64,000 nucleotides of DNA from an uncultured Acidimicrobiia bacterium (GCA_963786955.1 CAWBAT010000005.1:1664001-1728000); one strand, 5' to 3'; positions 12,179 through 21,576 are shown, numbered from the stretch's first letter. Translations and numbers: made by a program. Notes: a model not told the origin generated them from the letters alone.

Positions 12179-12499
12179 TCAAATTCCGACGCGAGCAGCT
12201 ATCTTGTGAAAGGTCGAGTTGGAGACTTCATAGGTTTGAACCCGGGGAGTCCCCTCAATCACGTTTGCCAGGACTTTCAGCACATCTTTATAAAGACCGC
12301 GGTTGTAGATATCCGCCTGGTCTTTTTGATCCCACAAACTGATTCCCACGGCCTCTGCTCCGCCTGGGACAATAAAAGTAATCTCATCCTGGAAGCCGTT
12401 CTGTTTACGAAGCATGGGAAGAACTTGTTTCTCCATAGTATGGGTAAATTCCGCAACGCTATTGGGTTTCAGACTCAGGTTAACTGTCCGAGCAAACAT
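12179..12499 (-). CDS. Dimeric alpha-beta barrel (antibiotic biosynthesis monooxygenase-like) protein
   Basis: MFARTV..LKP...VLPMLRKQNGF...ISLW...YEV pattern; AAGGAG RBS. Confidence 0.75.
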   Translation of the reverse strand: MFARTVNLSLKPNSVAEFTHTMEKQVLPMLRKQNGFQDEITFIVPGGAEAVGISLWDQKDQADIYNRGLYKDVLKVLANVIEGTPRVQTYEVSNSTFHKIAARVGI

Positions 12500-12589
12500 G
12501 GCAAACTCCTTAGGTTGTTGTCTAAGAGGAGTAATCTCAGATAACCTGACTTAGTTCAGATAGTCTGGGAAATGACTAAAAGTTCTCTT

Positions 12590-12628
12590 CTAGTTAACCA
12601 TTAGAAGTTAATTAGCTTTACGTGTCAA
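12590..12628 (-). promoter_or_regulatory. sigma70-type promoter with a palindromic operator, divergent from the XRE gene
   Basis: Minus strand TTGACA (12628-12623), 17 nt, TCTAAT. Palindrome CTAATTAAC-N8-GTTAACTAG (12615-12590) straddles the -10 box. Confidence 0.75.
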
Positions 12629-12689
12629 GTGAAATATGGGATTATGACGGGCAGGTTAATCGACGCAAATTAAGAGTCGGAGGAGCCAG

Positions 12690-13547
12690 GTGGATGTTTC
12701 TTTAGTCATCAAGCATCGGCTGGAAGAATTGGGTATGGAACAGCGAGATCTTGCGAATGCCGCCCAAGTAACCGAGTCCTACATTTCACAGTTACTGACT
12801 CGAAGAAAAGCTCCCCCCGCGCCTAATCGAACGGATATTTACGTCAAGATGGAAGAATTCTTGAAGCTTTCGAGCGGGGAGCTGGCGAATCTGGCCACCT
12901 TGCAGAGACAGGAAGAACTAAAAAGAAAATTGGCAGACCCGGCCATACCCTTGTTTGAGGAAGTTCGAGAGTTGGTCCTGCGCAAATGCAAACCGGACAA
13001 AGAACAGCAGATCCGAAAAATTTTTGAGCGGCAGCCGTTCGGTGAACTCGAACGATTGATTACCCAGAAACTTTTGGACGTGGTCAAGAGAGTAGCCCGG
13101 GAAGAGTTAGAAAGTGAGAATTGGCTTCACCTGGTAGGCAGACTTAGCAACCGGAGTTTCGAAGAAATGAGGGTTGCCATTCTCGAGTTCCTGGACACGG
13201 ATATCTTTAATGTGTCGCTTGAAAACTGCGTGACCTTCTTGGATCCTCTCATCGAATTCTGGGACATCGATCTCAAGAGTTTTGCTGTGGAGATTGTTTT
13301 AAACCGGAGAGTGGCCCCGGGGCACCCTAAGAAATTCGAGTTTGTGGAAAAGGAACCTCAACCCGCCTTCGACCCAGAACCCGGCCTCGCGAAATTCCTT
13401 CAGGATGCTTCCCTCAGCGGCGATGCGACTGAAGAGGAAATCGTCTTTCTCAGAAGCCTGAGATTCAAGGAGAGACGCCCAACCCCACTTTATTATTATC
13501 GAGAGTTGCAAAGCCTCAGAGACCCGCTCCATTTTCGTATCCCGTAG
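12690..13547 (+). CDS. XRE-family HTH transcriptional regulator with an uncharacterised C-terminal region
   Basis: N-terminal HTH RLEELGMEQRDLANAAQVTESYISQLL; GGAGGAG RBS before the GTG. Confidence 0.88.
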   Translation: MDVSLVIKHRLEELGMEQRDLANAAQVTESYISQLLTRRKAPPAPNRTDIYVKMEEFLKLSSGELANLATLQRQEELKRKLADPAIPLFEEVRELVLRKCKPDKEQQIRKIFERQPFGELERLITQKLLDVVKRVAREELESENWLHLVGRLSNRSFEEMRVAILEFLDTDIFNVSLENCVTFLDPLIEFWDIDLKSFAVEIVLNRRVAPGHPKKFEFVEKEPQPAFDPEPGLAKFLQDASLSGDATEEEIVFLRSLRFKERRPTPLYYYRELQSLRDPLHFRIP

Positions 13548-13877
13548 TTGAAGAGGAAAAGTGTCCGACGCCACGAGGTGAGAAGAACAGCGCCTCATGT
13601 TTCTAGGCAGGGCTATGGCAGGATAAAGTCAAAGGGCTCGAACGAATGGGCCTGGCATAGCTTACACTCCTCCCTCTTCTCCCTCAGATTACCTTTTCCC
13701 AGTCTTGGGCCAGATCTACAATCCTGACTCAACTAATTTCTTTGAGAGTGGGGGTATTGACATTAGCCGGATCGGAGTGGACTATTCATAATGGCTGGCA
13801 TACGTTTCATTTGGCGGCGAAGTTTTAGTTTCTAATTTGTAATTATCCTTTAGAGCCCCAAGTCTTCGTAACCCCTG

Positions 13878-14171
13878 CTATGGCATTTTGGAGAGGATCC
13901 GGCCAATTTCTTCAGCTGAAAACGCTCGCAGAGTCTGTGTCCGAACATTACCCAACGTGCCGAGGCTTAATCCGAGCGCAGTTGCGGTCGCTTCATCAGG
14001 GGCTTCAAAGATCAGTACCCCATCGTATTGGCCCAGGGTCCAATAAACTTCCTTTACTTTCACGCCGGCCTTGTCGGCTATTCTCTTGAAAGTTTCCGCC
14101 CGTTTGGCTGTGTCCTTTACATTACGGATTCCTTGATCGGTAAAGTTCAAAAGCAGGATATAGGTTTCCAT
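13878..14171 (-). CDS. GYD domain protein
   Basis: METYILLLNFTDQGIRNVKD...YWTLGQYDGV..EAPD...GNVRTQTLRAF. Confidence 0.88.
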   Translation of the reverse strand: METYILLLNFTDQGIRNVKDTAKRAETFKRIADKAGVKVKEVYWTLGQYDGVLIFEAPDEATATALGLSLGTLGNVRTQTLRAFSAEEIGRILSKMP

Positions 14172-14580
14172 GTTCTGTCTCCTTTCCCAGCAGCCGCATG
14201 TCAACCACTTCGAAATCAATTTCTAAATGATAGCACCGTCCGAAGTGTGAGTCGAAAACTTGTTGGCGTGGACTGACGGGGTAAAGAGTGAAGAATCTAA
14301 GGCAGTCGGCAAGTATTGTGACACCCAAAAAAGCTGCGGGGGAGTTATAAGGGAAGTCCCCTTTGGGGATAGCGTCTTGCTTCCATGCTTTGTCTAGCAG
14401 CTTGAGTTTTTCCATGCCGAATTCTTTTGAGGTCTATTCTGGTTTGAGATTATTATTCAAACTGTGCTCAGCAATTACTGATACGCCAATCTCGATCTAA
14501 TCTGGCCAATAATGGCCCAATCGATTGCCTTAATTAGGGGCTTTAATCCTTGTTAGGCCCTATCGTGTGAGTTCTAGTCA

Positions 14581-14817
14581 ATGGACTTTGAACTTGTTGG
14601 AGAGATTACGAAGATTGAACTGATTGCCGTTGGGCGGGCGATCCGTGAGCTTGCTCGACTGCGCAAGCAGTATGGCAAAGGCCGCTGGAGAAAGTTAAAA
14701 GGCGTTGGTACTGTGCGGCTTGAAGATGGTACCCTACATACAGCAGAATTACATTGGTATGAAGCGCACGGCATTGGGAAGAAATAGTTCAAACTGAAAT
14801 TCCCGCTGATGGATTAG
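14581..14817 (+). CDS. Small basic putative toxin (WRKLKG...HWYE motif) with an in-frame TAG at 14785-14787
   Basis: 68-aa ORF ending HWYEAHGIGKK*. The frame continues FKLKFPLMD* to 14817, 2 nt before the partner ATG. Confidence 0.65.
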
Positions 14818-14819
14818 TT

Positions 14820-15056
14820 ATGAGAAAACGACGCAATCCTGAGTTGCAATTCGCAGTTTGTATCGATAACAAAGGCTATAAAGCTTCTCTTGAAATCGGA
14901 AAGCTGTATCGAGTCATAGCCGATGAAGAGGCAACTGCCCACGGTTACGTACGTGTGATCGACGAAAGTGGTGAAGATTACGGATACTCAGCGAATCGCT
15001 TCTTTCCGATAGAACTCCCTCAAGAATTGGAAAAAGCCCTACAGTTGGCATCTTAA
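14820..15056 (+). CDS. Small putative antitoxin/immunity protein
   Basis: FAVCIDN.GY..SLE.GKLY.V...RVIDESGEDYGY motif; coupled to the upstream gene. Confidence 0.75.
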   Translation: MRKRRNPELQFAVCIDNKGYKASLEIGKLYRVIADEEATAHGYVRVIDESGEDYGYSANRFFPIELPQELEKALQLAS

Positions 15057-15077
15057 GAGTCATCCAACACCGGGCCA

Positions 15078-15183
15078 ATGCTGGCTGCGGAGTGCGATCT
15101 CGGTATTTACTGAAGAATCGAGTTTGACATTGAGAATTCCCGCTCACACAGATATGTAGAAGACACATGCCTTTGCCACCCCG
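15078..15183. repeat. REP-doublet repeat, family R, copy 1 (degenerate)
   Basis: Shares GAATCGAGTTTGACATTGAGAATTCCCGC...CACAGA.ATG.AGAA.ACACATG with the copies at 16033 and 16902. Confidence 0.8.
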
Positions 15184-15240
15184 ATCCCGGCAGTGGAGGT
15201 TGGGGAAGTTGTGACTTATTTCAGACTGCGTGTTAATCCT

Positions 15241-16026
15241 ATGCATCTCCATCGTCTCATAGTTGCCATACTTTTGTTATTACCCTCTGCCTTCGGTCAG
15301 AAACCAGAGTACGAGTTCTACTTTGAATTTCGAACAGTTTTTGGGGAGAGAGTGCAAGAGGAGAACCACTGGTCGCTGACGAATGAACAGATTTTCGAAA
15401 AATACGCCGCCAAACTCAAAGTCGATGGAATCGCCGAATCCGAGATCGCACGAAGGCTCAGATTGCTTCGGACGGAACACGCTGCTTTAGAGGCCGACTT
15501 TTATAGCCGTTACTACCTCGATAGCAAATCCAATTTCAATCACGCTCCAAACCGTTTCCTAATGGAGATGGTGAGAGGCAGGCAGTCGGGAGTAGCGCTG
15601 GACTATGGAATGGGGCAAGGGCGAAACTCTATATACCTCGCGAGCCTCGGGTGGCAGGTGTGGGGGTTCGATCCGGCCGAAACGGGCGTCGCAATCGCTC
15701 AGGAGAAAGCAAAGGAACTTGGGCTAACCTTGCACACCTCCGCCGTTAGCGACAGTAACTACGACTTCGGCGAGGAACGGTTTGACCTCATTCTCTTCAG
15801 TTGGAGTATGCCCTTTGTGCCAATTCAGAAAGTGGTCGACGCACTGAAGCCAGGAGGGATTGTTGTGATGGAATGCGGGGCCGACTTTGTCAACCGCAAC
15901 GGGATGTTGAGGATGTTCGACGCCTTGCCGATCGTCCGTTACGAAATTGTGCGGGCGAAGTCTGACTTTTACGGTCGCCGTGAGACGGACGTCCTGCGCA
16001 TGGTGGCGAGGAAGCCATTTCATTGA
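15241..16026 (+). CDS. Secreted class I SAM-dependent methyltransferase
   Basis: Signal peptide (LIVAILLLLPSAFG); motif I ALDYGMGQGRN; FDLILF. Confidence 0.85.
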   Translation: MHLHRLIVAILLLLPSAFGQKPEYEFYFEFRTVFGERVQEENHWSLTNEQIFEKYAAKLKVDGIAESEIARRLRLLRTEHAALEADFYSRYYLDSKSNFNHAPNRFLMEMVRGRQSGVALDYGMGQGRNSIYLASLGWQVWGFDPAETGVAIAQEKAKELGLTLHTSAVSDSNYDFGEERFDLILFSWSMPFVPIQKVVDALKPGGIVVMECGADFVNRNGMLRMFDALPIVRYEIVRAKSDFYGRRETDVLRMVARKPFH

Positions 16027-16032
16027 AATGCG

Positions 16033-16160
16033 TGGCTGGCGCAGACATGCGTTGTTGGCATGTCTGCGGAGAGATCGAGCTGCCTGGATGAGGATCGAGT
16101 TTGTCATTGAGAATTCCCGCATACACAGACATGCAGAAAACACATGTCTGTGCCAGCCTC
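16033..16160. repeat. REP-doublet repeat, family R, copy 2
   Basis: CTGGCGCAGACATG-loop-CATGTCTGCG followed by an inverted CACAGACATG-loop-CATGTCTGTGCCAGC. Confidence 0.85.
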
Positions 16161-16233
16161 GGTGGCTAAGCAGTAAACCGCTAGGTCCTTGATATCCTCC
16201 TTCTATGTTGTTTGACCTTGTTGGTGGTGAGAC

Positions 16234-16527
16234 TTGCGCTACACTTTCGAGTGGGACCCTCGCAAGGCAAGGGAGAATCAAAGCAAGCATAAGGTCAGCT
16301 TTGAGCGTGCGGCAGAAGTTTTTCGGGACCCGTTGGCGCTGTCGATCTTCGATGAAGAGCACAGTGAACAGGAGCAACGCTGGGTCACCATGGGGAAAGA
16401 CAGCCACGGCAGTGTGCTGGTTCTCATCCACACCTTTTTGGAAATTTCGTCCGAAGAGTGCAGGATTCGAATCATTTCCGCCAGAAAAGCCAAGAATAAC
16501 GAGTCCAGGCAGTACGAGGAGAATTGA
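16234..16527 (+). CDS. brnT: BrnT-family toxin
   Basis: FEWDPRKARENQSKHKVSFE.A..VF.DP...RIRIISARKA. Confidence 0.93.
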   Translation: MRYTFEWDPRKARENQSKHKVSFERAAEVFRDPLALSIFDEEHSEQEQRWVTMGKDSHGSVLVLIHTFLEISSEECRIRIISARKAKNNESRQYEEN

Positions 16528-16529
16528 AC

Positions 16530-16745
16530 ATGAAAAGCAAATATGATTTTTCCAAGGGCGAGCGCGGGAAGTTCTTTCGTGCGGATGTCGAGTTAAATAT
16601 CCCAGTCTACTTGGATTCGGATGTGGCCCATGTTGTTCGGCAGTACGCAAAGAAAGGGAAGACCGACATCGGCGCGCTGGTGAATGAATGGCTTCGCAGA
16701 GACATCAAGTCGCTGGACCAATCGCGTAAGGTGAAGGTACGGTAA
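16530..16745 (+). CDS. brnA: BrnA-type antitoxin
   Basis: MKSKYDFSKGERGKF...VYLDSDV...LVNEWLR, directly downstream of brnT. Confidence 0.85.
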   Translation: MKSKYDFSKGERGKFFRADVELNIPVYLDSDVAHVVRQYAKKGKTDIGALVNEWLRRDIKSLDQSRKVKVR

Positions 16746-16754
16746 CCTTTGGAG

Positions 16755-16853
16755 GCCTAAACCGGCGAACTAGCAAACTCTTGGCCGCACGCGGCTGTGG
16801 GAACTTGTTACGACTGGTTCGGCCAAAAGTCACTGAGCTTGAAGCCGTTAGGT
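16755..16853 (+). mobile_element. attC-like integron recombination site (degenerate)
   Basis: Begins GCCTAAAC 9 nt after the brnA stop and ends GTTAGGT (GTTRRRY). Imperfect long hairpin: AAC.GGC/GCCGTT and TTGGCCG/CGGCCAA. Confidence 0.5.
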
Positions 16854-16901
16854 GGCAGGTGGAGCGATGGGTCTTAGGGAAATGCTGGACCACCATTAAC
16901 G

Positions 16902-17090
16902 TTGCTGGCGCAGACATGCGTTGTTGGCATGTCTGTGGAAAGACTGAGTTGAGGGAATGAGGTTTGAGTCACAAAATTGTCGGAACAACTTATAGTGGTC
17001 TCATCAATGTATTTACTAAAGAATCGAGTTTGACATTGAGAATTCCCGCAAACACAGACATGCAGAAAACACATGTCTGTGCCACCCTCG
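16902..17090. repeat. REP-doublet repeat, family R, copy 3 (longest)
   Basis: Same two inverted CAGACATG/CATGTCTG hairpins with a longer spacer. Confidence 0.85.
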
Positions 17091-17136
17091 TTTGTATTAC
17101 CCTTCCTTATCAATGTCACAATCTGGAGAATAAACG

Positions 17137-18135
17137 ATGAAGAAAATCCTCAATGAGCCTTTTGCATATGTAGATGAAATGTTGGTTGGACTTTGCGCCG
17201 CACACCCTCAGTATTTCAAGCAGGTCGGACCTGATGGCCGGGTCATTGCGCGTCCGGATGGGCCGGTCAAAGGAAAGGTAGGCATTGCCACTGGAGGAGG
17301 TTCCGGGCATCTGCCGGTTTTTACGGGTTACGTCGGGAAAGGATTAGTGGACGCTTGCGCGATTGGAGAAGTGTTCTCGTCTCCTTCCGTGGATCAAATG
17401 GCAGAGGCGATCCGAGCGGCCCATGGCGGTCGCGGTGTCCTGAGACTGTACGGGAATTACGGCGGCGACAACATGAATTTTGACATGGCAGGTGAAATGG
17501 TGGAAATGGAAGATATCCAGACTACCACGGTTCGCGTTGCCGATGATGTGGCCAGTGCCAGTCTCCAGGAACGGTCCAAGCGGCGAGGAGTGGCAGGTCT
17601 GGTGTACGCCTACAAAATCGCAGGGGCTAAGGCCGACACTGGCGCCAACCTGCAGGAGGTCACCGCAGTCGCCCAGAAAGCCGCTCTCGCTTGCCATTCG
17701 ATTGGTGTAGCCCTCACTTCTTGTACGGTCCCTGCAGTCGGGAAGCCGACCTTCGAGATCGGCGAGAATGAGATGGAAATTGGAATGGGGATTCACGGTG
17801 AGCCCGGTGTGCGGCGAGGTCCACTCAGAAAGGCCGATGCCATCTGCGAGGAAATGCTCTCGCTCCTGCTGGCTGACGTACCGCTCCGAGCCGGAGACCG
17901 GATTTCGGTCTTGGTCAACAGCCTGGGCGCCACACCTCCCGAAGAACTTTATATTGTCTATCGATATGTTTCTCAAAAGCTGGCAGAGCTCGGAGTCGCT
18001 GTCGTTATGCCCTGGGTGGGACGCTATGCGACATCGATGGAAATGGCGGGGCTTTCGATCACCTTCTGCAAACTGGACAACGAACTGGAATCTTTGCTGA
18101 AAGCTCCTTGCGATTCCCCCTATCTGAGAGTCTGA
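17137..18135 (+). CDS. dhaK: Dihydroxyacetone kinase family, K subunit
   Basis: GGGSGHLP..GYVG.G, NYGGD..NF, EIGMGIHGEPG, TSMEMAG. Confidence 0.95.
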   Translation: MKKILNEPFAYVDEMLVGLCAAHPQYFKQVGPDGRVIARPDGPVKGKVGIATGGGSGHLPVFTGYVGKGLVDACAIGEVFSSPSVDQMAEAIRAAHGGRGVLRLYGNYGGDNMNFDMAGEMVEMEDIQTTTVRVADDVASASLQERSKRRGVAGLVYAYKIAGAKADTGANLQEVTAVAQKAALACHSIGVALTSCTVPAVGKPTFEIGENEMEIGMGIHGEPGVRRGPLRKADAICEEMLSLLLADVPLRAGDRISVLVNSLGATPPEELYIVYRYVSQKLAELGVAVVMPWVGRYATSMEMAGLSITFCKLDNELESLLKAPCDSPYLRV

Positions 18136-18136
18136 A

Positions 18137-18745
18137 ATGGAAAACGGATTCACTACCGATATCCTCCGCGAAGGCTTCGCACGGATGATTGCAAAACTCG
18201 AAGCCTGCGCGGAGGAACTCAATGGACTCGATGCAGTCTTGGGAGATGGAGATCTGGGCGTCACCATGATGCGAGGCGCCAAGAGTGTGCAGGCAGAACT
18301 AGCGAACTTGCCAGACGATGTCGGCATGGCGCTGTTGAAGTGTGCCCAAGCATTCACCAAAATCTCTGGGTCCACTCTCGGCACCCTGCTGGCGACTGGT
18401 CTGATGAGCGCCGCCAAAGCCACGAAGGGTCGCCATGAGATTCCATGGAACGAAATTTCTCCCCTCCTCTCCGGTGCCCGAGATTCGATGTCCAGCCGCA
18501 GCCAAGGGCAACTGGGCGACAAAACGATTTTGGACGCCCTGGACGCCGCGCGAGTGGCCACTGAGGGTCTGGAAGATCCCCGAGCCATGGCCAGCGCGGC
18601 CAATGAGGCGGTCGCTTCTGCCCTTGAGCATTTTCGAGGTCAACCCTCGCGCCAGGGGCGGGCCCGCATTTTCGGAGACAAGAGCATCGGCCAAGACGAT
18701 CCTGGAATGGTTGCATTCAAACGCATTCTCGAGAGTCTGTTGTAA
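18137..18745 (+). CDS. dhaL: Dihydroxyacetone kinase family, L subunit
   Basis: LDAVLGDGDLG, GDKTILDAL, GRAR...S.G.DDPG. Confidence 0.93.
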   Translation: MENGFTTDILREGFARMIAKLEACAEELNGLDAVLGDGDLGVTMMRGAKSVQAELANLPDDVGMALLKCAQAFTKISGSTLGTLLATGLMSAAKATKGRHEIPWNEISPLLSGARDSMSSRSQGQLGDKTILDALDAARVATEGLEDPRAMASAANEAVASALEHFRGQPSRQGRARIFGDKSIGQDDPGMVAFKRILESLL

Positions 18746-18949
18746 CTTGCCTCGGAGCCGTTGGCCTGATTCAATGCGACATTAAAGGGGCGTAGTTTGT
18801 TGCAACGGAGATTGTCACCTGGGAGGCCGTGTCACCGGTAGAATCAGTTAAAATAACAGCTCGATTGAGACAAGTTAAAAGGCGTCGCGTCACACCAAAC
18901 GGAGTCCCAAACAAGTTTGACGAGAAAGAGGCACCGATCGCTCAGGCTC

Positions 18950-19741
18950 TCATTGGTTCGACCACTCGGCCGCCGTCAGATAGCCTCCATCCACAATCAG
19001 GGAAGTCCCTGTGATTCCGCCCGATTCATCACTGGACAAGTACAGCACGGCTCGAGCGATATCATCAGGTTGTAGCAATCGTTCGAGGGGGACGCGATCC
19101 AGTCGATCCAATAGCGTCTGTTCTGGATCAGGACTACTTTCGAGGTGAAATCGCAACATCGGAGTATCCGTAATTCCAGGGCAGACACAATTAACGCGAA
19201 TGTGATACTGAGACAGATCAAGAGCCAGACTCTTCGACAGCATAAGTACGGCGCCCTTCGAAGCGACGTAGGAAGGTGTCCACTTCTGCCCCACGAAACT
19301 TGAGATCGAACCAATATTGACAATCGTGGACCTGGAGGACTTTTTCAACCAGGGCAGCGAGTGCTTTGTGGTCAGGAAGATCGACTTGACATTGACATCC
19401 ATCACCCGGTCCCATTCCTCCACGGTCTGTTCTTCAATAGGTTTAATCAGAACAACACCGGCGTTATTCACCAGATGGTCTATCCCCCCAAAGACTCCGC
19501 TGACTTTGTCCATCAAACGAATGACGTCCTCTTCCTTAGCCACGTCAGCAGAAAAGAACTCGCAAACCAGACCTTTCGAGCGAAAAGCACTCACAGCCTC
19601 ACGCCCCAAATCCTCGTTGAGGTCCACCAAGGCAACTTTAGCCCTCTCTTCCGCAAACCGCTCAACAATCCCTAACCCAATGCCGCTCGCTGCACCCGTC
19701 ACAATGGCGACTTGGTCCTCTAATCGTCGGCCCATACTCAT
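18950..19741 (-). CDS. SDR family NAD(P)-dependent oxidoreductase
   Basis: TGAASGIG, NNAG, YVASK, VNCVCPG, VDGG; ATGA overlap with the upstream gene. Confidence 0.95.
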   Translation of the reverse strand: MSMGRRLEDQVAIVTGAASGIGLGIVERFAEERAKVALVDLNEDLGREAVSAFRSKGLVCEFFSADVAKEEDVIRLMDKVSGVFGGIDHLVNNAGVVLIKPIEEQTVEEWDRVMDVNVKSIFLTTKHSLPWLKKSSRSTIVNIGSISSFVGQKWTPSYVASKGAVLMLSKSLALDLSQYHIRVNCVCPGITDTPMLRFHLESSPDPEQTLLDRLDRVPLERLLQPDDIARAVLYLSSDESGGITGTSLIVDGGYLTAAEWSNQ

Positions 19742-20535
19742 GCCAGAACTCCTCCCGGAAAACGTTTGAAGAACTCGGGATCGTAAATCGAAGCAATGAG
19801 GCTGCTTTCCTGCTTGATTCGTTTCCAAGTGGCGTCCGCTTCCATCATGCTCTCCATCACCCCCAGATAATGTCCGCCTTCAAGATTGCCGTACTTGAAA
19901 AATGAGTCCGTGATCAGCGCCGTGCCTTTTTCTGTTTCGATGCAGATGGCGATGGAGGACCGGTGATGAACCCCAGCCCAAAAAGTCCGAATCCCAGGAC
20001 TGACTTCCTCCTCGTCCGATAAAAGTCTCAGGTGTTCCCAGCCTTCGTTTTGGAGAAAGTTGTTCACTTCTGGAGGAATGCGCATGTGTCTGGGAACGTG
20101 CAGGTGATAATAGGGAGCTTGAAAATCCTCGATCCACCCTTTCCGAGAGATGCAGATCTGGGCGTTCCGGAATAAATGGATATTGGCGGTCGCATAAGCT
20201 TGAAGGGGCGTGACGATGACTAAGTCGATATCTTCTGGTCTGAGCCCTTTCGACTTAAGGATTTGCTCCGGGCGCTGTTCTTCAGCCCGAACAATCTGGG
20301 CTTCATCAAAGCCAAAAAAATCGAGCCAGGCTTTGTTCATGATGGAAAGATCACGCGGCGGGCCGGTATTGATCAGAATGTTTTTGCCGCCTCCCTGGAC
20401 CAGGAAAATGATGAGGTTCATTTCTTCGCGTTCACCCCACCCCTGCATCCAGTAGACTTCCGGCCTTGGAACCCAGAATGTTCCAGCATTGAAACCTTGA
20501 ATTGTATATTTCGTCGGATGACTTTCTTCTGTCAC
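19738..20535 (-). CDS. Metallo-beta-lactamase-fold protein (AHL-lactonase-like), degenerate metal motif
   Basis: FLVQGGGKNILINTG, LRPEDIDLVIVT, LFRNAQICIS, EVSPGI. Probable GTG start at 20535 (the ORF extends to 20601). Confidence 0.75.
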   Translation of the reverse strand: MTEESHPTKYTIQGFNAGTFWVPRPEVYWMQGWGEREEMNLIIFLVQGGGKNILINTGPPRDLSIMNKAWLDFFGFDEAQIVRAEEQRPEQILKSKGLRPEDIDLVIVTPLQAYATANIHLFRNAQICISRKGWIEDFQAPYYHLHVPRHMRIPPEVNNFLQNEGWEHLRLLSDEEEVSPGIRTFWAGVHHRSSIAICIETEKGTALITDSFFKYGNLEGGHYLGVMESMMEADATWKRIKQESSLIASIYDPEFFKRFPGGVLA

Positions 20536-20575
20536 AGATTTCCATTCCTCTTTTCTCTTAGGGGTATTACTCGCG

Positions 20576-20790
20576 CTAAGGATCGCCATCTCTCGCATCA
20601 TCCAGAACGCGCACCATCGGGGCTGTCCTCACTATCTCATGGTCGGCAAACTGCCAACCACCTTCTTTCCAGGAGTGATCTCAAAGGCATGGACTCCCTT
20701 ACCCTCCTGCCCGCGGAGGAAATTACCAATCACCAAATTCCCGTTACGAAGGGTTTGCAAACTGGTGATCCAGTCGCTCGTGGCCAAGCT
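20576..20790 (-). pseudogene. C-terminal remnant of a beta-propeller protein
   Basis: Reads WITSLQTLRNGNLVIGNFLRGQEGKGVHAFEITPGKKVV / QFADHEIVR..MVRVLDD with a frameshift; no start is visible. Confidence 0.5.
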
Positions 20791-21138
20791 GTTCCGTGGA
20801 TGTCAAACCCTTCATTCTATAATTGTAACAAATCAGACGTCGTGCTTCACCAAAGCCGCGCAATCAGACGTCCTTGTCATTAAGGCATTTGGGCGCACCT
20901 GTCAACCCGAAAAGCCTTGGAGCTTACGTACTTTGATTACAGTCTACCAAATAGAGAGATTTTCTTGACTTCGTTTATTGGCCAGCGCGAGAATGGTTGG
21001 AGTAACACATCGTTCATCTTAATCGTCTCGTCGGCCTGCTCAGCCCGTAGTTTGAGCGTAGTGGGCCACGCAGTATTTAAATCGCACCCGCATCCTTTAG
21101 CCGGATCGGGCAGCCTAAGTTGGAAAGGAGAATCAATC

Positions 21139-21576
21139 ATGGCGACTAAAATCACCGGGACATTTTCCGGAAAAATCAGGACGCAGGCCGCAGCGGCACT
21201 CTTCCACGAGGACAATCATGCCCTCACACTGATAGAAGTGGCAGGGCCTCAAACTTCACCCGACCCGCTGTATAACGGGGCGAAGATCACTTACTGGGGC
21301 ATCGGCGATCTGGAGAATGGCAATGGCACCCAGAAAGGCTATTGGTGCAACGAACACCCCGACGGCGACCGCGACTGGGGCACCTTCGAGGGCAAAATTA
21401 TTACTTCCGGCCAACAGGTAAGCATGGAAGGTACGTTCAAATTCACGGGCGGCACCGGCAAATTTAAGGGCATGACCGGCAGCGGCAAATACAAGGGCCA
21501 TTTCCCCTCTCCCACGGACGTCGTCAATAATTGGGACGGCGAATACACACTCGCCTCATCCAAGGCCGCAAACTAG
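21139..21576 (+). CDS. Hypothetical beta-barrel protein (145 aa)
   Basis: GAAAGGAG RBS; GTFKFTGGTGKFKGMTGSG motif seen in dirigent/AOC-like barrels. Confidence 0.75.
   Translation: MATKITGTFSGKIRTQAAAALFHEDNHALTLIEVAGPQTSPDPLYNGAKITYWGIGDLENGNGTQKGYWCNEHPDGDRDWGTFEGKIITSGQQVSMEGTFKFTGGTGKFKGMTGSGKYKGHFPSPTDVVNNWDGEYTLASSKAAN

Noticed and set aside
14785-14787. Pyrrolysine or genetic-code reassignment at the TAG
   Set aside because: TAG serves as a normal stop in other genes here (for example 13547 and 52838) and no pyl genes are seen; a point mutation or error is simpler.
15078-17090. Three-copy repeat as a CRISPR array
   Set aside because: Copies are over 100 bp, variable in length and separated by whole genes; no cas genes are present.
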